Assembly: GCA_964016885.1 (NCBI GenBank)
Contig: OZ024747.1
Coordinates: 79,484,001-79,548,000, forward strand
DNA from: Eledone cirrhosa
Lineage: Eukaryota
Length of the DNA stretch: 64,000 nucleotides
Direction: 5' to 3'
Shown here: positions 15,429 to 28,325 of the stretch, in pieces
How the letters are laid out: each line of letters starts with the position of its first letter
How positions within the stretch are numbered: the first letter of the stretch is position 1
Notes under the pieces: model-generated
What the model saw: the letters and a program-made list of their open reading frames with translations, nothing else
The model's database searches: none
Told to the model about the DNA's origin: nothing
Program-made: the position numbers and the translations under genes

Positions 15429-15847
15429 TTATGTAACCAGTATCATTGAAGAGCGACAGAAGTAAGGACACCCACCAAATTGACTGGACATCTTTAAATA
15501 GCACTCAGATTTCAGGAAAAGCACTTTCAACACGTAACTTCACTCCAGTTTAGCACTTGTTAAACTAGCCAGTATCCAGCACAAAAGTTAACATCTTCTC
15601 AAAGTTGTCCTTTATAAAACCTTCCACCATTTTAGAGGAGTACACCACCATCTGACCAAGCATCTTTAGTGTTTAGTCAGGAGGTAATGTGTTCCAAAAT
15701 AATATCATAACATGGCAGGTTGAATCTGAAAATGGAAATATAAAAAAAAACAACATTAAATAATTTTTTACCATAAATAATATATTTAATATCAAAACAA
15801 TGTAATATCATTATTGTTTTTCATGTTTTTGATTATGTATATTGTTG

Positions 15848-15880
<33 letters not shown>

Positions 15881-15992
15881 GTATATGTATGCAAAGAATC
15901 ACCCAGCCCATCTATATATATATACATATATTTATATATATATATATTAAGGAAAGCTGATTTATACAATCACACACGCGCGCACACACACA

Positions 15993-16095
<103 letters not shown>

Positions 16096-16811
16096 TTATG
16101 TATATATATATGTATATATATATATATATATATAGTGTTCATATGTAGAGCACATCCGTTATATGCGTATTTATGTAATGTTATAGAAGCATGTCTTATA
16201 GAATAGTTATGGGTGTATATACCCCTTAAGTGTATGTAAGGGTTCAACGACCTACATTAAATAAACATTCGCTCTCCTCTTCCGTAAAGAAAATTATTTC
16301 ACTTTCATAATTTTTTTAAAATTATATACATGAATTTCAAGGGAGATAACTGAAAATAACTAAAAAAACAAGCTAATTGACTCACCCCCCTTTGACTGCT
16401 TGTGGAGAAATTGATCTTTAAATTTACTCTCCTTTGTTTTGGAAGACAGCATTCCTTGAAACATCACAAAGGAGCGAACTATGAGGTATTCATGATCTTT
16501 TGTGTTTCCATAAAACATTTAGAGGGCTGTGACACACATATATCTTGTTTGAGCCAGTCGGTTCCGACAATTAGTATTGTAGCTGTTCCATCAACAGAAC
16601 TACCCACTCGTGAAAGTAGCATGCAAGTAGCTGAGCATTCCACAGACACGTGTATTCTTAACGTAGCTCTCTATGGGATTCAGCGTAACACTAAATTTAG
16701 AGTTACTTCCCCTAGTAATAGTAACTGGTAACCCGTATTTGAAATGATGATTGTAATAAGAAGAAATTTTGAGAAATTCTGCCAGAGTAGAAATAAAAGG
16801 GTCACTATTAT

Positions 16812-16856
<45 letters not shown>

Positions 16857-16858
<2 letters not shown>

Positions 16859-17124
16859 GAGTACAGAACCCTACATCATAGTCCTAACGAACACAATAGA
16901 AAAAGCGCCAGCTCGGAGGATAGCGAGAGAAAGGCGTTGAAATAACCATTTCAACTCACGAGTGTTCCTTTATATTAATTATGATGTTATTGATGTATTT
17001 ACAGATCCGTGACCCCCGATGGAGTTGCCGGGGTGCCGTCATGATATACGACAGCACATGGTTACTTTAAACCTGGAGGAGCCCATCCCTTGGATGGAAC
17101 ACAACCGATTTCTTCAAGAGAAAG

Positions 17125-17128
<4 letters not shown>
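16857..17128 (+). mobile_element. Possible PLE 3' fragment (GIY-YIG C-terminus-like peptide + downstream region); related piece at ~38660-38765
   Basis: Frame …IEKAPARRIARERR*NNHFNS loosely resembles the PLE endonuclease end. The segment gagcccatccct…ggaac…cgatttcttc.agagaa recurs at ~38708-38755. Confidence 0.35.
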
Positions 17129-17168
<40 letters not shown>

Positions 17169-17169
<1 letters not shown>

Positions 17170-17362
17170 GTTATTCCGGGTTGAATCGGAGGTAACCACA
17201 GTAAGTAAGGTACTCAATACATAGCAGAGTATAACAGTTTTAATATAGATGAGATTCTACAGGACTAGAACTGTTTCATTCATTAGAAATCATCAGGAAT
17301 CAGGATTCCTGATGATTTCTAATGAATGAAACAGTTCTAGTCCTGTAGAATCTCATCTATAT

Positions 17363-17366
<4 letters not shown>
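17169..17366 (-). mobile_element. Penelope-like pLTR mini-element: perfect 63-bp-arm palindrome + 70-nt tail in (TA)n
   Basis: 17239-17301 is the exact reverse complement of 17304-17366. Contains CTGATGA-tttctaatgaat-GAAAC. Homolog at 56578-56700. Confidence 0.7.
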
Positions 17367-17431
<65 letters not shown>

Positions 17432-17433
<2 letters not shown>

Positions 17434-17992
17434 ATATATATCATAAATCATGTCCTTAGAATTATTAGATAAAATATATACCATTTCCTCTCCCAATTAC
17501 CATAATTAACCATATAAAAAATCAATTAGACCAAGCTATAAGAATAAAGGCTCTTATGAAGAAATTTCCGAAAAATAACCGAAAGCGGCCTCTTCGCGGT
17601 GGCCCCAATAGAGTATTTATCCAAAATTTTAACAGCATGTAGAAACTGACTAAATATACCATCAACCATACACAATTAGGTGCAAACTCAGAAGAAATGT
17701 GTACATACCGTAATTATATCTCTACCATGGTTTCATCCGTATTTTTAGACATCCAATTAATAGGATATGTCCGGAGTATCGGATTCATCAGGAGACAAAC
17801 TCAAAATTAGACATTTAGTTTTCCAAAGTGATCGCGCCAAAAATAGATTCAAAAATTGCTAAGAATCGTGACGTGGCAGTGGTCAAGTTAGAAAGAATGT
17901 GATTAGTTGCTTAAGGACATGATTTATGATATATTGCTCTGATTATTTAATTTATTAATTCTTCATAGAGCCACAAAGTGACCGGTTGCAAC
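17432..17992. mobile_element. ~560-bp insert in (TA)n with a ~23-bp inverted end and ~60-nt tail; PLE-type architecture
   Basis: tatatcataaatcatgtcctta (~17437-17458) vs taaggacatgatttatgatata (~17911-17932). Confidence 0.45.
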
Positions 17993-18034
17993 ATATATAT
18001 CTATAACTTTATGTATATGTAAACCTTTATATAT

Positions 18035-18099
<65 letters not shown>

Positions 18100-18189
18100 T
18101 ATGTAAAAGGTAAACAGAAATAAAAACACAATCGGTACAGTATATAGAAGGAATATATTAGGTTAACGATTGATAAAGCAGGAAGAGGA

Positions 18190-18225
18190 TCTTAACGTTT
18201 CGGACGTTAGTCCTTCACCAGAAAA
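18190..18225 (-). ncRNA. Minimal hammerhead-like motif (one core substitution) within a PLE-like fragment ~18103-18260
   Basis: Minus strand reads uuuu-CUGGUGA-aGGAC-uaac-GUCC-GAAAC-GUU|aaga. 4-bp stem II and palindromic AACGUU stem III. Confidence 0.55.
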
Positions 18226-18402
18226 AAGAATGAGAAATAAGATAGATTGAGGGGACGGGCGGGTTGTAATTGAAAAAAATGTCTTCAGATAAAAATAACA
18301 GGTCCATTCATGTTGACATCTCTTGCAAAACTGTTGGTGCTGGCGTTTTGTGTATGATTTATTTTTTAGAAAAGAGGATGATGGAGCGCGTCTATCTGAA
18401 AT

Positions 18403-18459
<57 letters not shown>

Positions 18460-19002
18460 TGATTAACGAGAAAAATTACTAGAAAGGATCCATGGCACCA
18501 AAATAATTTCCTTTGAAATCAGTTCTGATTCTCTTCTTTGTATATATAGTTTCTTTATATACTTCATGACAAACTAAGAGTAAACATTGAAGTCCTTACT
18601 ATGCCACAGCTATGCCTAGGTACAGACTTGTTTTCATTTTAATATTTTAATAAATGATTTTCTTCGACTTATGGACAGGAGAATGAGAAGTGTGAGAGGT
18701 TCTTTCTTTTTAAGTATTCATTACATGTCACTGAATTTCGATAATCGTCGTCCACAATTGGGTAATGAAGGAAATGAAATTATATTTCCTATTCTTTTAC
18801 TGGAGCTTGTCAAATCGGACCAAGGAAACAATGTTTCCATTGGTCTTTCCAATTGGTAATACTATCTATCGGTCGCGAATCCAGGTAGAAGGAGCAACGT
18901 GAAATAAAGTGGCTTGCTCAAGAACATAACGCATCGCCCGGTCTGGGAATCGAACTCACAACCTCACGATTTCAAATCCAATTCTCTAATCACTCAGTCG
19001 CC

Positions 19003-19425
19003 AAATTAACACACAGCCGGCCTGATATAGGTGATTGGGACCACAGATCAAACATCTGCTCTGTTGTAGAGGTTAGATGCCAACTCGATGTCAATCTAGA
19101 GAAGGGGAATAGCTATGGGCATTTGATGAGGAGTTTACAGGTCCAGTACCCGAAATACACGCTTAATTTCATACCTATGAACTACAGAATATATACCAAC
19201 CCACCTGAACCAAAATGACTGAATTTAGACTCTTGGTCAAAGAACGCAGTTATTTACTTAACAAGCTACAAATGGTTTCGATATCTGGAACCTTCAGAAT
19301 CTATAAAACATTCTTAAGATTAAAGGATCAGTAATTATGCAAGAGGCAACGGAAACTTTATTTTCTTTACAGCCTTGCCACCAGGAAGGTGGCCGGTCAA
19401 AAATAAACTTGAAAATAATAAAAAG
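19003..19425 (+). mobile_element. R4/Dong-like non-LTR element 3' fragment (restriction-like endonuclease)
   Basis: Manual translation KLTHSRPDIGDWDHRSNICSVVEVRCQLDVNLEKGNSYGHLMRSLQVQYPKYTLNFIP…LQMVSISGTFRIYKTFL fits the RPD…E…K.Y RLE pattern. Not in the ORF track. Confidence 0.65.
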
Positions 19426-19521
19426 AGACACACACACACACACACACATACAATCCCCCTAAATATACACATACATACAATCCCCTTAAATATACACACA
19501 CACACACATATACAATCACAA

Positions 19522-19583
<62 letters not shown>

Positions 19584-19776
19584 GTACAGGGTATCCCCCA
19601 AAATATATATACACGTCAACAGCAATAAATACCTGTACAGGTAATCAAAATGTGTTTACATTACTTTAAGTTTCACAGGAGTGAAAAAAATACACTCCTG
19701 TCAAATTTAAATGGAATTTGGAGTCAAAAACACTCTCTCACACACACAGGTATACACACACACACACACACACAGG

Positions 19777-19809
<33 letters not shown>

Positions 19810-20254
19810 TCTGACACACTCACAGGCACACACACACATTGACACACAGAGACACAGACACACACTGACACACACAGACACACACATACTGACACACACA
19901 CTCACACACAGACACAGACACACACTGACACAGAGACACACACACTCACACACAGACACAGACACACACTGACACACCGTTTCATGTAAACTCCCGATCA
20001 CACGAGGGTTGTGTCAGTTATCTAGATTACATATGATTTTATTTATCAATAATCGATAATCTAACAATAAACTGTATCAATAATGAAGCAGCAGTACTGA
20101 TACACACACACACATGTGTATATATATGTGTGTGTGTGTGTATATGTGTGTGTGCTTGTGTGTGTGTGAGTGTGTGCTTGCATGCGTGTGCGTATATATA
20201 TATATATATAGAGAGAGATATATATTTGTGTATGTGTGATGCATGCGTGCATGC

Positions 20255-20318
<64 letters not shown>

Positions 20319-20342
20319 GCATGCATCACACATACACAAATA

Positions 20343-20374
<32 letters not shown>

Positions 20375-20765
20375 CGCACACGCATGCAAGCACACACTCG
20401 CACACACACACACAAGCACACACACATATACACATATATATATACACACGCATTCCAACACACACAATATCTATAAATCACCACCAAACACTTCACTACA
20501 TTACCCCCCCCCCCCCTTCTCTGATGTGGAGACAAAATCAACTCATGATACGCTTTAGTCGAACGTAATTGTTCCTGCGAGTGTATGTGTAAGTGTGTAA
20601 GTGTGTGTGTGTGTCTGCGTCTATGTATATGTATGTGTTTTTGTAACTATGTTCAAACACACACACACACACATATCTATCATCTATTTGTCTGTCTACC
20701 TATCCCCCCTCTCTCTCTCTCCCTCTTTCTCTCTCTCTCTCTCTATATATATATAGAGAGAGAGG

Positions 20766-20809
<44 letters not shown>

Positions 20810-20821
20810 AATAGGTAGACA

Positions 20822-20861
<40 letters not shown>

Positions 20862-21428
20862 AAAAAGTATGACCCCGACGGCAGAGCTCAAGCCGTTTCG
20901 ACGGCTATTTCTGGACTATATATATATATATATATATATATACGTATGAATGTGTGTGTGTGTTTGTGTGTCCGCACACATATACACACATGAATGTGAG
21001 TATGTGTGTGTGTGTGTGTGTGACCCCGCACATATATACACGCCCACACACATGGCTTGTGGGTTGGTGGGTTGGTGGGTTGGTGGGTTGCAACGGAATA
21101 CGATTACCAACAGATATTAACATAGTGACAAAATGTCTTTTTTAGATGTCTGTTGTTACTACGTACTGTGTCACTAATAGAGAGAAAGATATATTTAACA
21201 TAGTAACAAGACTCTTTTTCATTAGAATTCAGACAGCTTTCAGACAATACTTTTCATGTGTATGTGAGTGTACGTGTGTTTATATATATATATATATATA
21301 TTTAGAGAGTGAGAGAGAGAGATCAGAGAGGGTGTGGTAAGATACCAGGTGGACCATAACCCACCACAGTACTCGAAACTTGGGGTAGTAGGGCGGGTAA
21401 TATGAAAGTATTCAGGACCTCTGAATCC

Positions 21429-21495
<67 letters not shown>

Positions 21496-21567
21496 TGTTA
21501 GTTACTATCGCGCACACACACACACGCACGTACGTACGCACACACACACAAACACACGCACGTACGT

Positions 21568-21603
<36 letters not shown>

Positions 21604-21924
21604 ACGTACGCACACACACGCGCGCACGAACTGAAGGTGCGTGGCTTTGCGGTTGTGTTGGGCTCATGACCGTAAGTTCGAATCCCTGCAGTGCGTTATG
21701 TCCTTTACTTCACGTTATTCCGTCGACTCAGCTGGCAAATATTAGTTGTCACACATCATACCCCACTGAATCTCCCTGAGAATACGTTAAAGGTGCCCAT
21801 GCCTGTAGAATACACAGGACGGAACGTCAAATAAAATGCTTTGTGGTATTCATAGCAGTTTTTTGTCTGTCTGTCTATCCATCTATCCATCTATCTGTCT
21901 ATCTGTCTATCTGTGTATCTGTCT

Positions 21925-22745
21925 ACCCTTGGGAGAGTCGCTGGACATGGAAGAAGACGAACTGGCCAGCCTGTTCGGTAGGACTTTCGGCCCAGGACCA
22001 ATGGACAACTTCCAGAAGTCACTGGCCTGGCAGTGCTACCGGGGGGCTCTACCCGTTCGAGAGAGGCTCTACAGACACGGGCGCCCGGGCAGGGATCCCT
22101 CAAAAAAGATTTGCCCTAGATGCGTGCGTCACGAAGAAACCGTTGCGCACGCATTGGTGCAATGTCCGGGCGTGGCTGATCTGTGGGGCTACGCCGAACG
22201 ACTGCTGTCGCGGGTGGCGCCGATTCAATTGACCGCCGAGTCCGTGATGACAATCAAACCGCCTCCCCTCTTCACAAACGAAGCAAAGGCGGTTTTTCTG
22301 TGCGTAATAGCCATGTTGAAAGAGGTTGTTTGGTGGACACGATTGAAAGGTCTGAGGTCAGGCAACTTCTTCTCTGGCCATAGTCTGGTCTACTTCTTCC
22401 GATATCACTTCGGAAGAAGGATAAGAATGGAGAGAGAGGTGCTTGGCCACAGGCAGTTTTATGAAAGGTGGGTGATAGTGGCGAGAATGGCTCGTGTAAA
22501 TGGGTCTTCTCTGTATACCATCCTGTAGGTAAAGAAGTGAAGGAGAGGGGAGCACCTTCTCCATGTGCTCCCCGGGCAAAGGATTGCACACTTTTTCGGG
22601 GGTGTGTGCAACCCCCATCACGTCCCCTCCCTTTTGAGGTTATTTTCGATTATTTTCATGTTACACCCTTTTTACTCGATTATATGTAAACTCCCCCTTT
22701 GTATTTGTCCCTTCTTTTTATGCCTTTATGGTAAATAAAGAAATC
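21925..22745 (+). mobile_element. 5'-truncated Tx1-like copy, subfamily A (ORF2 C-terminus + 3'UTR)
   Basis: Near-identical to the reverse complement of 28407-29226 (GESLDMEEDEL…SLYTIL*). Both junctions lie in CTAT/CTGT repeats. Confidence 0.92.
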
Positions 22746-23002
22746 TATCTGTCTATCCATCTATCCATCTATCTGTGTATCTGTCTATCTGTGTATCTGT
22801 CTATCTGTGTATCTGTCTATCTGTCTATCTGTCTATCTGTGTATCTGTCTATCTGTGTATCTGTGTATCTGTCTATCCATCTATCTGTGTATCTGTGTAT
22901 CTGTGTATCTGTCTATCTGTCTATCTGTCTATCTGTGTATCTGTCTATCCATCTATCTGTGTATCTGTGTATCTGTCTATCTGTCTATCTGTCTATCTGT
23001 CT

Positions 23003-23510
23003 AGAGGCGGTGTTTCTGTGCGTAATAGCCATGGCGAAAGAGGTTGTATGGTGGACGCGTCTGAAAGGACTGAGGTCAGGCACCTTTCTCTCTGGCCAAC
23101 AACTGGTCCGTTTCTTCCGATATCATTTCGGAAGAAGGATCAGGATGGAGAGAGAGGTGCTGCACCCCAGTCGTTTTTATGAAAGGTGGGTGAAAGTGGC
23201 GAGAATGGCCCGTGTGAATGGGCCTTCTCTTTACATAAGCCTGTAGGTGGAAAAGAGGAAGGAACGAGGGAGCACCCCCTCTCTGTGCTCCTGAGGAAAA
23301 GGGTTGCACACTTTTTTCGGGGGTGTGTGCGACCCCCCAAGGCGCCTCCTCTCTATTGAGGATTTTGTTAAAAATTTTATTTTTTGTTATATCTTATTTT
23401 ATTTTTATATTTTGTTATTGCCTCCTCCTTATTGAGGACGCCTTTTTGTGTAAACTCCCCCCTTTGTACTTGTCCCACTTTTGATGCCCTAGTGGCAAAT
23501 AAAAGAAACT
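23003..23510 (+). mobile_element. 5'-truncated Tx1-like copy, subfamily B
   Basis: EAVFLCVIAMAKEVVWWTRL…SLYISL* plus 3'UTR, near-identical to the 3' part of 23676-25326. Flanked by tatctgtctatctgtct (17 bp) at 22986-23002 and 23511-23527. Confidence 0.9.
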
Positions 23511-23675
23511 TATCTGTCTATCTGTCTATCCATCTATCTGTGTATCTGTGTATCTGTGTATCTGTCTATCTGTCTATCTGTGTATCTGTCTATCTGTCTA
23601 TCCATCTATCTGTGTATCTGTCTATCTGTCTATCTGTGTATCTGTCTATCTGTCTATCTGTGTATCTGTCTATCC

Positions 23676-25326
23676 ATCGGCACCTTACTGGATGAGTACG
23701 AAAAGTTCACAGGGGCTAAGCTGAACCGGGACAAGTCGATCGGTTTGCAACTCGGCACGTGGAGGGGCAGACCGATGCCCTCCGATGGCGTCGTCGGACG
23801 CTGGACGGAGGGCCCGGTGAAGTTGCTCGGGGTCTGGTTCGGACCGGACCTCCAGGTGGAGAAAAACTGGGCGGAAGTTACGAACAGGGTGTTTGCACTG
23901 ACCCAGAAGTGGGCCAGTTGCAAACTATCCCTGAAAGGTCGGGCGGAGGTGGCGAACACCTACATAGCGTCCGTCATCTACTACCGCCTGACCGTAGTGC
24001 CCTGCCCAAGGGAAACCCTCACCAAGATGGAGCGCGCGCTCTTCCAATTCCTTTGGAAGAGGCGGGCTCCTATGGTGAGGAGATCCATCTGCTGTCAACA
24101 CCCTTCGAAAGGAGGGCTGGGGATGCCGTGGCTAATGATGCGTAAACACGCATTAAGGCTACGGCACCTCTACGTATTCCTCACCGGACAACCGGTGTGG
24201 GCCTCGTTTGTGAGACGAACCTTTCCCAGACTCGTCTCACTCACCGAGTTGCAATCCTGGGTCAAGCAAAGACCGAGAAAACTGGGCGCCTGGCACACTG
24301 AGTGTGCCCAGGCGCTCACCGCCCTCTGGCAGGCGGATCCGGTTATCAGTGGAGACTCCACCGCAACATTCTATAGAGGGCTGGTACGCAGCAGGCGCGA
24401 CGACGCCCTCGGAGAAGCCCTAGACATGGAGGAGGACGAACTGGCCGGCCTGTTCGGTAGGACATTCAGCCCGGGACCTATGGACAACTTCCAGAAGTCC
24501 CTGGCCTGGCAGTGCTACCGAGGAGCTTTACCCGTTCGAGAAAGGCTCTACAGACACGGGCGCCCGGGTAGGGACCCCGCCAAAAAGATCTGTCCCAGAT
24601 GCGTGTGCGACGAGGAAACCGTTGCACACGCATTGGTACACTGCTCGGGCGTAGCCGATCTGTGGGGCTATGTCGAACAACTGTTGTCAAGGGTGGGACC
24701 GATCCGGTTGACCACCGAGTCTATTGTAATGATCAAGCCGCCTCCCCCCTTCAAAGATGAAGCAGAGGCGGTGTTTCTGTGCGTAATAGCCATGGCGAAA
24801 GAGGTTGTATGGTGGACGCGTCTGAAAGGACTGAGGTCAGGCACCTTTCTCTCTGGCCAACAACTGGTCCGTTTCTTCCGATATCATTTCGGAAGAAGGA
24901 TCAGGATGGAGAGAGAGGTGCTGCACCCCAGTCGTTTTTATGAAAGGTGGGTGAAAGTGGCGAGAATGGCCCGTGTGAATGGGCCCTCTCTTTACATGAG
25001 CCTGTAGGTGGAAAAGAGGAAGGAACGAGGGAGCACCCCCTCTCTGTGCTCCTGAGGAAAAGGGTTGCACACTTTTTTCGGGGGTGTGTGCGACCCCCCA
25101 AGGCGCCTCCTCTCTATTGAGGATTTTGTTATAAATTTTATTTTTTGTTATATTTTATAACAAAATCCTCTATTGAGGATTTTGTTATAATTCTATTTTT
25201 TGTTATATTTTATTTTATTTTTATATATTGTTATTGCCTCCTCCCTATTGAGGACGCCTTGTTTTGTAAACTCCCCCCATTGTACTTGTCCCACTTTTGA
25301 TGCCCTTGTGGCAAATAAAAGAAACA
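23676..25326 (+). mobile_element. 5'-truncated Tx1-like copy, subfamily B, with open ORF2 remnant (RT C-terminal part + CCHC)
   Basis: Uninterrupted frame 23676-25007 (IGTLLDEYEKFTGAKLNRDKS…CPRCVCDEETVAHALVHC…SLYMSL*), homologous but diverged from subfamily A. 3' end AATAAAAGAAACA|TATCTG. Confidence 0.92.
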
Positions 25327-25855
25327 TATCTGTGTATCTGTGTATCTGTCTATCCATCTATCTGTGTATCTGTGTATCTGTCTATCCATCTATCTGTCTA
25401 TCTGTCTATCTGTCTATCTGTCTATCTGTCTATCCATCTATCTGTCTATCTGTCTATCTGTCTATCCATCTATCTGTCTATCTGTCTATCTGTCTATCTG
25501 TCTATCTGTCTATCCATCTATCTGTCTATCTGTCTATCTGTCTATCTGTCTATCTGTCTATCTGTCTATCCATCTATCTGTGTATCTGTATTCATTGCGG
25601 TTTCTTGAGTTTAAATCCCGCCGAGGTTAACTTTGCTTCTCATCCTTTCGCTGTTGATAAATAAAACAGCGATCAAGTCCCCACCTCTCTCATTCTCTCT
25701 CTCTTTCACAGGAAGAAATCAGATGTGAAGAGGCATGGGACCTCTCAGGTGTAAATACCGAATATCAGTCCTACGACTTCAGCAGAATTTAAGGGACCAT
25801 GGTGGTTGTGCTGGGGATAATGACATTATATAAACTGTGTTGACATTATGTACAA

Positions 25856-26397
25856 CAGGCATGCAAACTGAGGGTCCTCCGAGGGCCACATGGGTTACAT
25901 ATGTGTTGTCTGAGGGCCACATGGGTCACATATGTGTTGTCTGAGGGCCACATGGGTCACATATGTGTTGTCTGAGGGTCACATGGGTCACATATGTGTT
26001 GTCTGAGGGCCACATTGGTCACATATGTGTTGTCTGAGGGTCACATGGGTCACATATGTGTTGTCTGAGGGCCACATGGGTCACATATGTGTTGTCTGAG
26101 GGCCACATGGGTCACATATGTGTTGTCTGAGGGCCACATGGGTCACATATGTGTTGTCTGAGGGCCACATGGGTCACATATGTGTTGTCTGAGGGTCACA
26201 TGGGTCACATATGTGTTGTCTGAGGGCCACATGGGTCACATATGTGTAGTCTGAGGGCCACACACGACAACTAATTGCTCACATTACAACTAAGTTTTTT
26301 AAATTTTATATTACGAAGATAAAGTCTGCTCGCGCTGTAAAAACCTTTGTGCGGGCCGCAGGTGTGCTTGTAAAGGGCCGCGTGTTTGACATGTCTT
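25856..26397. mobile_element. hAT/Charlie-type MITE containing a 31-bp tandem expansion (~12 copies, 25881-26262)
   Basis: Ends caggcatgcaaac and gtttgacatgtctt. TSD atgtacaa / gtgtacaa. Unit gagggccacatgggtcacatatgtgttgtct. Confidence 0.75.
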
Positions 26398-26964
26398 GTG
26401 TACAAGCTAAATATCGAAAGTTAATGGTTTCTAATTTAGGCACAAGACTGACAATGGCGAGGAAAATTGATAAAATAGTCTTCAGTATTTGATTGGTATT
26501 TTATTTAATCAACCCCGGCTCAGGTCGACCCATGCTTAGTGAGCAAAACTCGTTAGGTGTACACCTGTCAATTCTCCCCCGTCGGACGGGGAGATCTCCC
26601 ATCCACTTTGGGGTGGATGAGAGATGTCTTCTCTTGTGATAATCGGTATAGCTTTCATTATGTAAAATATCCCCATTTTGCCTCATTTCTCCTCGTTTAG
26701 GGGCCAATTTTTTTCATGGTTCTCCCCGTTTGGGTTTTTAGAAGTTGGCGGTCTGTAGATGGAAACTGATAAGAAGCTCATCGGATGGAGTGAATTACCT
26801 GTAATTCAAGGTGTCACGCTGAATCTTCGCGACTTACGTTAAGATTACACGTGTCTGTAGAATGCTCAGCCACTTGCATGTTAAGTTCATGAACCGGCTG
26901 TTAGTATGGAATACTCATATCGAAAACATTGTAGGTCTATTTCATTCCAAAATCAAACAATTAG

Positions 26965-28257
26965 TAGATAAACAGACAGATAGACAGATGGACAGATGGA
27001 CAGATGGACAGATGGACAGATAGACAGATGGACAGATGGACAGATGGACAGGTGGACAGATGGACAGATAGACAGATGGACAGATAGACAGATAGACAGA
27101 TGGACAGATGGACAGATAGACAGATAGACAGATAGACAGATGGACAGATGGACAGATAGACAGATAGACAGATGGACAGATGGACATATGAACAGATGAA
27201 CAGATGGACAGATGGACAGATGGACAGATAGGCAGATGGACAGATGGACAGATAGACAGATGGACAGATGGACAGATGGACAGATGGACAGATGGACAGA
27301 TGGACAGATAGACAGATGGACATATGAACAGATGGACAGATGGACAGATGGACAGATAGACAGATGGACAGATGGACAGATGGACAGATGGACAGATAGA
27401 CAGATGGACAGATGGACAGATGGACAGATGGACAGATGGACAGGTGGACAGATAGACAGATGGACAGATGGACAGATGGACAGATGGACAGATGGACAGA
27501 TAGACAGATGGACAGATGGACAGATGGACAGATGGACAGATGGACAGATGGACAGATGGACAGATGGACAGATGGACAGATAGACAGATGGACAGATGGA
27601 CAGATGGACAGATGGACAGATGGACAGATGGACAGATAGACAGATGGACAGATGGACAGATGGACAGATAGACAGATAGACAGATGGACAGATGGACAGA
27701 TAGACAGATAGACAGATGGACAGATGGACATATGAACAGATGAACAGATGGACAGATGGACAGATGGACAGATAGGCAGATGGACAGATGGACAGATAGA
27801 CAGATGGACAGATGGACAGATGGACAGATGGACAGATGGACAGATGGACAGATAGACAGATGGACAGATAGACAGATGGACAGATGGACAGATAGACAGA
27901 TAGACAGATAGACAGATGGACAGATGGACAGATAGACAGATAGACAGATGGACAGATGGACAGATGGACAGATGGACAGATGGACAAGTGGACAGATGGA
28001 CAGATAGACAGATGGACAGATAGACAGATGGACAGATGGACAGATGGACAGATAGACAGATAGACAGATGGACAGATAGACAGATAGACAGATGGACAGA
28101 TAGACAGATGGATAGATAGACAGATAGACAGATGGACAGATGGACAGATGGACAGATGGACAGATAGACAGATGGACAGATGGACATATGGACAGATGGA
28201 CAGATGGACAGATGGACAGATAGACAGATGGACAGATGGACAGATAGACAGATGGAC

Positions 28258-28289
<32 letters not shown>

Positions 28290-28291
28290 GG

Positions 28292-28325
<34 letters not shown>

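Larger units (their letters stand above)
21864..25590 (+). repeat. (CTAT/CTGT/CCAT)n compound tetranucleotide satellite interrupted by three Tx1-like insertions
   Basis: Repeat blocks at 21864-21924, 22746-23002, 23511-23675 and 25327-25590. Confidence 0.95.

Noticed and set aside
18900-19000. tRNA-like A/B boxes (also ~49380-49490 and 57280-57372)
   Set aside because: No full cloverleaf; they are heads of multi-copy SINEs.
21836-23675. N-terminal extensions of the 230-, 172- and 483-aa ORFs as real chimeric proteins
   Set aside because: The extensions are CTAT/CTGT satellite read in frame with 5'-truncated ORF2; no credible start context.
25881-26262. 31-bp repeat array resembling a CRISPR repeat length
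   Set aside because: Units are contiguous with no unique spacers, there are no cas genes, and the context is a eukaryotic MITE.
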